From positions 124,001 through 188,000 of the forward strand of contig JASTWF010000326.1 of assembly GCA_030390025.1 (NCBI GenBank): 64,000 nt of DNA, read 5' to 3'. A program made the translations under genes and the position numbers. The stretch is from Squalus acanthias (taxonomy: Eukaryota). The notes under the pieces were generated by a model that saw only the letters and a program-made list of their open reading frames with translations, was not told the origin of the DNA and searched no databases. This document shows, piece by piece, positions 25,892-38,054 of the stretch (its first letter is position 1; every line of letters starts with the position of its first letter).

Positions 25892-27256
25892 ATCAGCACC
25901 ACGGTACTCGAGAACTTTTAAGGCAGACATTGTCTGACGCTCGTTTCTTATGTGCGCATAGGTATCCCCGAGGGGTTGCAAGCCACAGTACCCAACGATG
26001 CTCATCTTGCTACCTCACAGTACCTAGCATCAACCACTCCACCTGTAAGAACCATCAGCACATGTACAGCAACTGGAGGAAATTAAGATTTTGAAATTGA
26101 GGAGTGAGCACTGGGTGAAACTCTCAGAGCAAAGGAGGAATGTAAAGACTGGGGACCTATTCCAAATCAAAAAATCAGATCATGCAGTTATAGCATCTCG
26201 CTGCAAGATGTGATGAGTCATTTTAAATTATACCTGCCAGGTATGCAAAATGTCACTTCAAAAGACATTATTCTGATGAAAATACATTTGATTGTAAAGC
26301 AAGTAGAAATCACTTAACACAAACTGCTTGTTTTGTCCTAAAATCTATAAAATTAAAGTGCTCGGTTTTATTTATTTATTGTGATTGCATTTGCATAGCC
26401 TGTCGAAGTCAAGCTTTTCATCCAAGTGTTCTAATCATTCAATAGCTGAGTGATATACATTGTGCAAGGCAATTATGGAACCTGTCAGCCCTTGCCAATG
26501 GTGCAATCTGCAAGTACGGGGCCTACAATTTCTCACTGGCCAGAGCAGAAAAGGAGGGAGTCACACAGGCCCCACTTATCGTCTTTTGCCTGGTAACGTG
26601 TAAATAAATTGAGGTCTCATATCAGAATTAACTTCAGAACCTTTACATTAAGTTAATAAATTATGTCTAACTATGGAAAGATGCCCTTGGTCCTCCTGTA
26701 GCCCAGTTTTCAACTTCAAAAGGTATGCTGTACACACATATACATATATTATATAGATATAGATGGATATACACATGCACATACACACATAAAAAGCTAA
26801 CAGAGAACTGTGACAAACAGCTAGAAACATTACAGATACATATACTGTTTTCACATTCTCTTCTTGAAGGAAATTATCTTTCTTTATGCTGAACTGGTGG
26901 TCTATAGCATATCCTTAGTGTTTTCTTGGAATTTTTTGCAGCATTAAAGATGTCTAACCATGTTCTTTACTTTGCTTTCTACCAGTCACAGGATGCTGAC
27001 ATACACCTTTTGACTACACTGTCTTTTATAAACACTCTACCCCCGAATGTTATGTTAATTCTATCCCCTGGATTTAGCTTGAATTTAGTCACTTTTTTGA
27101 TATTTCCACATCATAGTTCCCTACTACTGCAACAGTTCGGGCATCTTACTTCTAATATTTCTAGCGTTCATGTATTGTAGATTCATCACATTATAGATTT
27201 GCTTCATCTCAAGATCCCCAGTGTGTGCCTATTTCTGGTCTCTTGTTCGCAGGCAT

Positions 27257-28488
27257 ATTATCCCAGAATGCCGAGAGAGACGAGGAAGGAAATTTGTGAG
27301 GCACTGATAATCATTATGGGGAAATCAGTGGACACTGGGAAAGTACCAGTATATTGGAAACAGACTGATCTAGTGCCTATTTTCAAAAAGGATGACAAAA
27401 TAGACATAGGCCCATTTGTGTCTCTTCCATTCCACAGAAAATAATGGAAACAATCAGGAGCAAACCTGTTAACAGCAGTCAGCATGTTGGGAATGTGAAG
27501 ATCTAACTGACCAACCCCAACTTCTTTGAGGAAGTGATAACCGAACTGCATGGTCGTAAGCTCTATGACTTAGTTTACTTCGATTTCCAAAAGGCATTTG
27601 ATAAAATCTCATATGAAAGGCTATTATAATTAAACTCATGAGTTGTTGGGTTCCAGGGTAAAACTTGAAAATGGATAAGAAACTGGGTGAAGGCTAGAAA
27701 ACAACAAGTACTTGTTAGAGGCTCCTGTGAAGCGCCTTGGGACGCTTTACTTGTCGAGTTATGTCAGAATGCGGGGAAGTACTGAGGAGGGGCAGTGGAA
27801 TCAGAGGAGGAGCTCAGAAATTGTACAATGAGTTAGACAAGATATGCAAGTGGGCAGAATAATGACAGATGAAATTTAATACAGACAAGTGCCAAGTGAT
27901 ACACACAGGAAGGAAACATAGACAGGAAACAAATTCCACGAATGGTGTTGAAATAGCCAAGGATGAAGCTCCATGGGACCTAGCAGTTTCAGTAGACTTG
28001 GCATTGAAGATATCTAATACCAATCAACATAGCCAAAAAGGGATACACGTCAAAAAATGTCTTGATCAAACTGCATAGTTATTTGATCAGACTGCATCCA
28101 CTTCTGGTTATTATGAAACAAGAGAAACATTCACGTGCTGGAGGCAGTGCAGAAAACAGCCAAGAGGCTGATCCCCTACTATCAGGGGTCTGAGTTCTAA
28201 AGAAACTGGCTTTTTAAAGGTGAGAAAGGAAGCATCAATGAGCCGTTCATAACAGGGCATGTAAGATTTTTTTTTTATAAATGGTGCAGCAAAAGTTAAC
28301 ACAGAATATTACTTCAAATTAAACTGTGGCAGTAGAACAAGGATATGGGTTCAAATGTCTAAGAGATAATTTTAGGAATGATAACAAGAAATTCTCTTCA
28401 CACCAAGTGATCAGGAATAAACTTCCAGATAGAGCAGTGGAGGCAAAAGTCCTATCCTGGAATTATTGAAAAAACAAGTGGATACTAC
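27257..28488 (+). mobile_element. Old, highly degenerate CR1 RT fragment
   Basis: YPR..RE..EICEAL.II..KS..TGKVP..WK...VPIFKK, DFQKAFDK and MKFNTDKCQVIH.GRK motifs. Confidence 0.85.
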
Positions 28489-28500
28489 GAGGGAAACATT

Positions 28501-29584
28501 GGGCCAAATCGTCCTGGAAAAGTAACATCAGGTTCATGACGCACGCCGTTATTAATGCGCAAGTTGGTCAGCAAGTTCAGGGGAAGAAGAGATACGTGAG
28601 TTATGAATCCCCAGAACTTGGTCAATTTAAACCGCTCCGCGTTTGCCTCTCACAAATCGCATCTTGCTCTTACCTTCCCCATTATTTTTAAGTTGTTGCT
28701 GTATCTGCACATGAATTCCTCATTAAACTCATTGCAGAAAGTTAGGGCTCATAATTAAGAATTTAACAATGTGATAATTATTAATGCAATACCAATCAAT
28801 CTCTCCGGCCCAGAAAGGGAACAATTTAAATGGTTGTGTCTCATACCTGCATGTAGTAAATTCTTGTTGGAGATTTTAAGAATTTCAATAATAATTTTTT
28901 TTCATTCTTTTCCTGTCTTGTTTTCTCTCTCTCTTAATCCAATCTTTCTTTCCCTCTCTGTACCTGATTTGACTCTAATTCACCTTCCCCCATAATTTCT
29001 TGGTTTCTTCCCCAATCCTTAAATCTCATTGGTTAAGGTGCCGTTGCTCACTAAGGATGATACCAGAAATGCGAGGGTATACACATCAGGAAAGGATGAA
29101 CAGGCTGGTTCTCTTTTCTCTTGAAAAAAGGCAGCTAAGGGGTGACCTAATAGGTGTCTTTAAAATTATGAAAGATTTTGATAGAGTGGATAGAGAGAGA
29201 ATGTTTCCACTTGTGGGGGAAGAGCATAACTAGAGGCCATCAATATAAGATAGTTACCAAGAAATCCAATAGGGAATTCAGAAGAAACTTCTTTACCCAG
29301 AGAGTGGTGAGAATGTGGAACTCGCTACCACAGGGAGTGGTTGAAGTGAAAAATATAGATGCATTTAAGGGGAGGCTAGACAAGCATATGAGGAAGAAGG
29401 GAATAGAGGGTTATGCTGATAGATTTAGATGAGGAACGACGGGAGGAGGCTCGAGTGGAGCATAAACGCCGGCATGGAGCGGTTGGGCCAATTGGTTTGT
29501 GTCTGTGCCGTATATCCTATATAATTTATTTTCGAGCTTAAGGGTGCAGGAAAAAGTCTAACTGACTCCAGCAAGATTTGGCCC
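28501..29584 (+). mobile_element. MITE family A-related copy with a nested CR1 fragment
   Basis: TIR GGGCCAAATCGTCCTGGA / TCCAGCAAGATTTGGCCC (16/18 match). TSD ATT (28498-28500, 29585-29587). Confidence 0.85.
29049..29525 (+). mobile_element. CR1 3' fragment nested in a MITE
   Basis: RMIPEMRG..LFSLEKRQLRGDLI and TRGHQYKI..RRNFFTQRVVRMWNSLP. Confidence 0.9.
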
Positions 29585-31509
29585 ATTAGGATTTCTCTGG
29601 AATTAAGATGGAATGAACGGCCTTCCTCATCAGTTATTCGATCTCATCATCTTCAAGATCAACTACATTTATCAGTTTGACCACCAAGAAGCATGCATAA
29701 ATGGTGAGAGAGAGAAACCTTCCCTTTGTCCTATACACCACCCGCTTCCCCACAGGCAATTACAATTCCAACTGCAATTCACCTTAAATCATATAGTAAG
29801 AAATCTAGTGCTACCAAACTGTAGCTAGCATATTGCTCTAAAGCAGTGATTGTGAAATTCAGCTCACAACTGCACTAGAGCTAAACATGATTTATATTCA
29901 GGACAGTGCATCCACCGTGGTCCAACTAATTCTGCCATCTCGCACAGTCATTATTATTAGTGACTGGCTAAGCTCCACACCACTGCAAGGATCAATGTTA
30001 CATACAGGGATAGAAAATGAGTGACAGGACACTCTTGGGTTTGTAGAGATTCCTCTGTATTCAATGCACCCTAGGGCAATGTTTTTATTGTAATTCAGCA
30101 TGTGCTTTGCCCATGTCAGATTTTACATAAATTTTCATATTAATGAACCATAACCCAGCTATCAGAAAACAAATTATGCAAAGACAAGTTGAAGTTTAAG
30201 TAGCATCCTAGCACAGGGTCCAATTAGTTTTGACCAAAATTGTTGCTATGAAAATTGAATGAAAAGAAATTTGCTTCTGTAAAAAAAAAATCCTCTCATC
30301 ATGCATTTGCCACTGGTGCAGGATATTGCCCCCCAAAAGAGTTTAGGTAGTTGGAGTTCCAGTACTTGTCTTACCTTTCCTCAGGGTATGTTCCTTCCTT
30401 AATCATGGGGGAGGGAGGGATGTGGGGTCACTAAGAAGTCAGATTGAAGGGGCCCAAAATGATCATATTTATTGAGCTCGATCTAGAGTTCATACACTTT
30501 CAGATTGAAACAAGCCTCGTCGGCTTACTGTATTTATTTTGGTGCGTATAATTGAGACCTCACAAATATAGGAAGACTGCATTGCAAACACTGGCAATTT
30601 ACTAAACAATTTATTGACTTTGCACTTTTTCAGTGTGTGTAATTCATAGGAACAAAAAAAAAAGCTAGGGCTTTTCCCCCATTTCTCCATTCTGAGTCAG
30701 GCTCATATGGCACAAAATCACAAAGTACTTAATTAAATTGAGAGCGGCGGCAGCTCTGGAGATACTATTCTAAAGCCTCTGAGGGACACTTTTCTTTTAG
30801 GTCTCGGTATCCCCGTAACTGCACCATGCCACGTGTCATTTTTGAAGCATTTTTTCCTGCACATCCCAAAATGAACAAAAACACAAATGCTTTAATAGTC
30901 TGAGCCATCTAACCTTTTGCAGAAAAAATGCTAGATCCCTATGAAGAGAGGACTTCATATGGTTGAATTGTTATTCAAATCAGGCAGCATCACAAGTAAA
31001 GGCAACATAATCGTTCCTTTTTCAAAAGAAAAAAATCTACAATTATTAAAAATAAATACCAAGTAATTCTAAACGTTACAGATTTTGAGAGGGTCTTGGC
31101 CACACTCTGCACTATTCTCTATTGACACTCTGGAGTATGCCCAGAAGAAAAAAAAGACACCCATAATACTAAAATTCAAACTCTCATACACAAAAAAAGT
31201 AACTGTCAAGCACTAAAATTAGTTGGTTTGTAAACACTTTTCTCTTCCTGGCCTGGCCTACACCACTGTTGCCTCTGCGATCTTCTCTTCCACTCACTCT
31301 CTGAAGCTGGTGTTTCTTCTGTTGGATGCAGGGCTTTGCATATCCCAGTTCTGAAGGATTGGTAAAGGCTGCTGTCTGAATGGTAGGAAAAGACTGCTCC
31401 CTCACGGTTCTAAATCCACCTATGAGCGAGCAGTCTTTTTCAGTCCTCCAGGCCTGCAAAGTTCTAAGCACTGCAACCAGAAGAAACACTAGCATGGAAA
31501 TAGAAAATA

Positions 31510-32225
31510 ACTAGTCAAGAGCTTCAAGGGACAGATAATGAAAGCTCACAGGCCGCATCTGGTGTCTTGGCCATATATTGTACATTCTTGTCCTAAAGCA
31601 TTAGGAGAGTTTCTCAAATTTCTAACATTGCCAAGGTCATTCATGCCCCTCACCTGCAGTGAAAATTACTTCAGTTATGTTACTCTAATTTACACCATTC
31701 CTGTTGTCTTGTGCGAGACAAAGTGGCAGGCAACCACCTAACTACCGATTTTACATGATCCCATCTTCTTTAGTTCCATGCCGTCGTGTTCTTTTTTTAA
31801 AGAAGTAAATTTTCTAGCATATTACCACTAATCACCACTTGTGGCAAAGCCTTCCACAATCCAATAAGTCTGTGAGAAAAAGTTTCTACCAATCTCCTCC
31901 CCCTTTATGTAGTAGTGCTTATCTTGAGATCTTGCTCTCTTGTCTTTGATTTACCTACCATTGGAAGCATCTTATTCTACTTTGTCCATTCCTTTTATCA
32001 TTTTGAATGCCCACCTATATTTTCTGAGAGAGAGCCAGAGAGAGTGAGAGTGAGAGTGAGAGTGAGAGAGTGAGAGAGTGAGAGTGAGTGAGAGAGCGCG
32101 AGCCAGAGATAGAGTACAACCCTCGTCGCTCTAGGCTTTCCTCGTAACTCAAGTTTCTCATTTCTGGTATCATCCTGGTAAATCTGCATTGCACTTCTCT
32201 CCAGGGCTATTATATTCATCCTATT
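31510..32225 (-). mobile_element. Old CR1 3' fragment
   Basis: Degenerate IIALE..RFTRMIP and downstream CR1 motifs on the minus strand. Confidence 0.6.
32025..32112. repeat. (GAGAGT)n/(GA)n microsatellite
   Basis: Visible tandem purine-rich repeat. Confidence 0.9.
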
Positions 32226-33429
32226 GTGTATTCCAGATCCACCATTTGATAGAAACATTCTCAGAGCTCAGGAAATTAATTGTTCAAAAGATCTAATGTT
32301 TCGAATTCCTTTAGGAGTAGGTATTGAAAAAAAAGGAAACCCTGGAAGAAAAAGTTATGGTGCCAAATTTACCTATTGAAAATGCATTATAAATTTTTGT
32401 CTCCAATATCGTCCTAAATGTACCTAAAGCAGCATTACTTTACCAAGAATTAGCAGTTCTGATTGACTACAAAAATATTAAACCATGTTTGATATGAAAA
32501 ATGAGAACACACAAGTTAGCATGCTCACTTTCCTTCCGGTCATGAAGAGGCTGGTTTTCATTGAATTGACCCAATTCATTATTGAAACTTAGTTTATCCA
32601 ATCACCTCATAGCAAAGCCCGCAGATTAAGCCCAGTTTTTCAAAAAGATAACAGGCAAATAGTTTGTTTCTTCCAAATTGCACACCATGAAGAATGGAAA
32701 TAAAAGTTCAGAATACTGCTATTGTTCCCAATTCTTTTTTTTTTTGGGGGGGGGGGGGGGGGGGCGGCAAAATTTTTGATTACAAACCTGTTTCTCATCA
32801 TTTCTAATTTAAAAATTTCTCTAGGGGTTTGCTATTCTTCCAATGGAGTTCTGTGACACAAGTGGAAAAGTCATACTTTATATAGTGACATGAACACTAA
32901 TTATAAGCTGATAAAATACCGGCACCAATGCATTCAGGTTTTATTTTAAATGAACACTTACAGGCACCAGATTAAATGAAAAAAATGGAGAACTTCAAGA
33001 GGGTAGTATTGTATAGATTATTCATTCCTTTTCCACTTCATAGCAAGGCAAAGTATGGTGTATACTAAAGTGGACTGAGGGGAATTGAATGATATTTACA
33101 TGGTAATTACTAAAATCACTAAAAAAGTGACATGTTTACCAGCATATCCTGTAAGCAAGTTGTACCTTTGACAAGAGTCTTCAAATCCTGGGCAACAAGG
33201 CATGAAAAAGGCAATGGATTTTGCACTAAAAATTGACTTTGAACTCAGAAATCTCGATAACTTAAAGCAATGTAAAAAACAGATTTGTGGGAAAGTCAGA
33301 ATTATATTCTAATACTACAATTTGGCTGTATTAGGTGCAGGGTATAGTCTCTGAAACCAAGACTAAACAATCACCTCAAAAGCAGCTGGCATCAACCATA
33401 GATCACTTTTGTATACAAAAATAGATATT

Positions 33430-34135
33430 GGGACAGATAAGGCGCCAAGAACAACAGCGAGGCCATCAGCACTCACTGTTACTAAGGAGTAAATCGGACA
33501 GCAAATTCCAGTGCCCGCACATGTGCAGTTTAACACGGAAACCAGGAAGCTGTTGTCAGAGTTGCCCTGCTCCCTCAAGCTTCGCTGCACCGGTACCTCA
33601 GTGAGAGACTCAGTATTAACAAACATGCAACATCGTGAAGTTTGGGTCCTTACCCACAAGACACGCCAGAAAAATTTAGGGCTTTCAACGGCGTGATAAG
33701 TCTTAATTATTACTAAACAACCTGTCTGGCACTGAAAACTTACTTTCACAAGTCTCAATCCTTCAGATTTTAATTATTGTTGGAGATTTTTCCAAAAATA
33801 TATATTTTTTAAACTTTCTCTTTCCATCTCTTATCTCTTAATCCCATCTTTCTTTCCCTCTCTTTATTTTGCTTTCTGTACATGATTTTACATTGAATTA
33901 AATATTCTCTCTTACATTTCCTGGTTTAGACTGCGTGTCTCAATAAGGATTCTTCAATCTGATTGATTGAGGAGACCTGCCATTGCTTTCCCTGTTCACA
34001 CAGGTCCCACATCCACTGTTTCTGCTCTCTAATTACCGCAAATCAGTGTAAAAGCTCACAGAATGTCTGTGGGATAGTGCAAGTGCAATGAACGGTGAGC
34101 ACCGTTCATTCACCGCTGACTGCAAAATCCGAGCC
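33430..34135 (+). mobile_element. MITE family A copy
   Basis: Colinear with 60412-61127. Ends GGGACAGAT...GCAAAATCCGAGCC. TSD ATT (33427-33429, 34136-34138). Confidence 0.8.
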
Positions 34136-34138
34136 ATT

Positions 34139-34902
34139 TGGGCAGAAATGTGGGTTTCCATGGGTGAGTACGTGCTGTGTACTCACCCATAGGGCCACCG
34201 GAAGTGCCGGTTTCGTGCATGCACTGTGCATGCACGGGAAACCGGAACTTCCGGTCTCGTGAAAGAAGGGGTTCGAGGATCAACCGTGTGTGCCGGAGAG
34301 GCAGCGCGCACACAGCAAACTTCTGGGTTTTTTTCAGGTTTCTCCATGAGGGTAAGTACGGAGAAGCTGCGCAGGAAAAAAGGAGGCGCAAGGCCTGCTT
34401 TTAACAAGGTAAGTGGTGAATTAACTAGAATTTAAACATTTTTTCAACAGGTTTATCATTTTTACATACTTTAAAGAAAGGTAAGTTTATTTTTAGCACC
34501 GTTAAAAAGTATAATTAATTTTTCAAAAGTTAAAATTTTTGTTTAAAGTAGCTAATTTATGTAATTTATAGTTATTTTAAAAATGTGATTTTTTAAAAAA
34601 TTTATTTGAAGTTTTAGTTAGGTTTTGGGGGGTGATCTCTATTCATAGATTTGACAGGTCTTCCTGTCAAAATCTATGAATGGAGATTCCCTGCTCCGAT
34701 TGGCTCTCCATGGCCCACATGATCCCAGGGGACGCTTCGAACTAACTGCGCCTCTGGGATACGCAAGCACTGCGCACCGGCAGCTGCAGGAGGCCCAGGA
34801 GCCGAAGTCCACACGGGCCCGAAGCACAACGGCAGGCGCGGTAGGTAAGTACGCGCGTGATCCTTGCACCCGCGGGAAGCCGGAGAGCCGAATTTCTGGC
34901 CC
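34139..34902 (+). mobile_element. Young CpG-rich Harbinger-type MITE, family B, left copy
   Basis: Ends TGGGCAGAAAT...AATTTCTGGCCC. Full-length inverted match to 34953-35705. Flanks ATT/ATC. Confidence 0.88.
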
Positions 34903-34952
34903 ATCATCTTGCTACACATCTTCCAGTACAGAGTCATGATATAGTATTTATC

Positions 34953-35705
34953 GGGCCAGAAATTCGGCTCGCCGGCTTCCCGCGGGTGCAAGGATCGCGC
35001 GCGTACTTACCTACCGCGCCTGCCGTTGTGCTTCGGGCCCGCGTGGACTTCGGCTCCTGGGCCTCCTGCAGCTGCCGGTGCGCAGTGCTTGTGTATCCCA
35101 GGGGCGCAGTTAGTTCGAAGCGTCCCCTGGGATCACGTGGGCCATGGAGAGCCAATCGGAGCATGGAATCTCCATTCATAGATTTTGACAGGAAGACCTG
35201 TCAAATCTATGAATAGAGATCACCCCCCAAAACCTAACTAAAACTTCAAATACATTTTAAAAAAATCATATTTTTAAAATAACTATAAATTACATAAATT
35301 AACTACTTTAAACAAAAATTTAAATTTTTGAAAAAATTAATTATACTTTTTAATGGTGCTAAAAATAAACTTACCTTTCTTTAAAGTATGTAAAAAAGAT
35401 AAACCTGTTGAAAAAATGTTTAAATTCTAGTTAATTCACCACTTACCTTGTTAAAAGCAGGCCTTGCGCCTCCTTTTTTCCTGCGCAGCTTCTCCGTACT
35501 TACCCTCACGGAGAAACCTGAAACAAAAAATGAAGTTCGCTGTGTGCGCGCTGCCTCTCCGGCGCACGCGGTTGACCCTCGAGCCCCTTCTTTCACGAGA
35601 CCGGAAGTTCCAGTTTCCCGTGCATGCGCGAAACCAGCACTTCCGGTGGCCCTACGGGTGAGTACACAGTGCGTACTCACCCGTGGAGACCCGAATTTCT
35701 GCCCC
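34953..35705 (-). mobile_element. MITE family B, right (inverted) copy
   Basis: TIR GGGCCAGAAATTCGG / CCGAATTTCTGCCCC. Exact TSD ATC (34950-34952, 35706-35708). Confidence 0.92.
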
Positions 35706-36135
35706 ATCATGTTTTATTCATACTACCCAGTTTGAATGCCCGCAGATGCATCCGGAAAGTAAAGTGGTCCCTTTTTATTTTTTTTACAGTTGTGTGAAAC
35801 AAACAAATGGTTACCAGGAATGCATGCTACCAAAGCATAATCAGCATAACCAGTGAGGACATCACTATCCATCGCTCTTGGCATGAGATGATGTCAGCCA
35901 TGATGCTCACCATTGGGAAATTAGACACAATTGTATTTACTAACAATTTCAATAAATACAAATAATACTGCTAGGGGAGGGAAAGTGAGTGGGGAAAAAA
36001 AAACTTTACTGCCTAGTGTAAACTAGAGCCATTCCACTCTGCTCTGCCCAAAATGCCACCTTCTGCAACAGGGTCCCATTCAAGCTGCAGTAACAACTAA
36101 TTAATTAGTGTCAAATTTGTTGATATTATTAAAAG

Positions 36136-36228
36136 GAATACAAGACAAACAGGAAAAGCTGGAAATACTCAGGTTTGGCATCATCTGTGGGAAAACCGTC
36201 AATGTTTGAAGCCCTTGGCTCTTCCTCA
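36136..36228 (-). mobile_element. Degenerate Penelope pseudo-LTR tail
   Basis: AAAAGCTGGAAATACTCAGG..GGCATCATCTGTGG resembles the reverse complement of ~20745-20800. Confidence 0.5.
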
Positions 36229-37870
36229 TTCATTTTGTTGTCTTGAGGAATTAAAGCTATCAAATCAGGAAATGTGCAAAAAATTGTGACTTGATTTTCC
36301 AGCTTCATTACTGAAAAGATTTGACTAAACTTTGTCAATGCAGATAATTGCGTAAAGAAAAATTCTATTGCTGTTAATTTATTCACTACCAATTCAGTGC
36401 ATGTGTGTGGAAACTCAAGAGTAGGATATCAGAATTGTTGTCAAGTTTACTTTAACTGACCTCCATTTGCAACTTGCTTGTTTTATGTGCACTTGGCTTC
36501 TACAAAGCTACTTTGAGAGAAAAAGTAATTCATTATATGAAAGAGGACCAATGAGTCCTTTTCTATATTCCTAAAGCAGATTAAATTCTTCTTACAGAAA
36601 CTAAACCTTTATAAATATTCTTCGCCTGATTATGTTAAGCATTACAAGTTTGGAACCAAGTCAAGACTTGGCAATACCTGATCCACAGTACTCAGCTGGT
36701 AGCTGTAACAAAAATGACGTATTTTTGTCCAAATTTGTTCTGGTAGCCACCGCTTTAAATCTCAGTTCTTGCACAGTGTGTTCTAACTGCCAGAAAACTC
36801 CCTCTGGCTCTCAGTATTCAAATATACAGGCTTCTGGTTGGTTCAGTTTGTACTTCAATGACAGCTCTCTGTTGAACAGAAGTTTGGCTTTCAAATCACA
36901 TAAATCGCCTATCTACTCACCTCCCAGGGAAGACAAGCTTCCTGTGAAGTGGAGCATTGGGCAGTCAGGTGTGGGCTTCTGCCTAGAGAACAAAAATGAA
37001 CATCCTCTCTCTCGGGAAAATAGGGTTAAAGAATTCTATCAAGTTTGGCAGTTAACTTGAGAGGTTCCAAATGAATGAATTTATGATGATTTAGAATTAG
37101 AGCTAGAGGAACCGTAGGTCAAGCACAAGAGTTTAGGCTACAATTGCAATCTATTTGTCGGAGTTTAGATGATAGTGATACATTTATTTTCGGACTATTA
37201 TATCACTTGGTAGTTTATTCACTTGTTCATTTTTTATTTAATAAATTCACTTCATGTATTGTACTTTTAGCAAGGTCTATCGTACTTCTGAAGACGGAAT
37301 GGAAAGCTTATGGTGGCAGAAGATAATCCAATAGCTAATGGTACATAGTTTGATGTTGGTTAACCTGGGCACTTTATCAATACCTTTCTTAAAGATCCAG
37401 GCAAAATAAACACCCTTGAAGGCTGAGGGAGTCAGGACTCACCCATATTTGTTTATTTGCTGTTTGTGGAATCTTGCTGTGAGCAAATTATCCACATCCT
37501 CCTGAAGCCTTTCATAGGATAGAATCCTCCTCATTATATGCCAAACCCTCTCCTTTAATATCTTCAGCACTTGGATAGTGTGCTCCTTATACACATATAC
37601 AGACAAATATATACAAACACAAACTCTCAGAACAAAAATGGATCAGCAATGACCCCAGGATATCCCATTTCTAACCGTTCACCAATCCATTTACCTCAAC
37701 TCGTTGTTTCTTGTCCATCAAATTATTTTCTATCCATGCTGCTACATTTCCGCGTACATCATATACCTGTATTTTTGTAGCAAGCCTCATAAGACACCTC
37801 ACCGTCTTAAAAAAAAATCAATGTACATTACATCTACTGCATTCCTTTTATCTATCCAGTCACTTCTCAA

Positions 37871-38040
37871 GGGACAATTTTAACTCAGGGCAGGAATCGG
37901 GGGTGCAGGGACTGATGCTGCCCGTAAATCGCCCAGCCGCCAACCCACCCCCACCCCAGTGCGGGAGGCTTTAACTCCCAGACTTCATTTGCATGCCGAC
38001 TGATGCCTGCCTGAATCTGGCGGGAATGACGTTACCACTG
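37871..38040. mobile_element. GC-rich MITE-like terminal fragment
   Basis: Starts GGGACAATTTTAA with a GC-rich body like the other MITE ends. The other end was not found. Confidence 0.4.
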
Positions 38041-38054
38041 GCAATATAAAAGTT

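Noticed and set aside
34110..35735. Cluster of paired ORFs in the palindrome
   Set aside because: Chance open frames in GC-rich MITE sequence, duplicated by the inversion. No transposase motifs.
36632..37060. 142-aa plus-strand ORF
   Set aside because: No recognisable motif, and the best splice signals in it are on the opposite strand.
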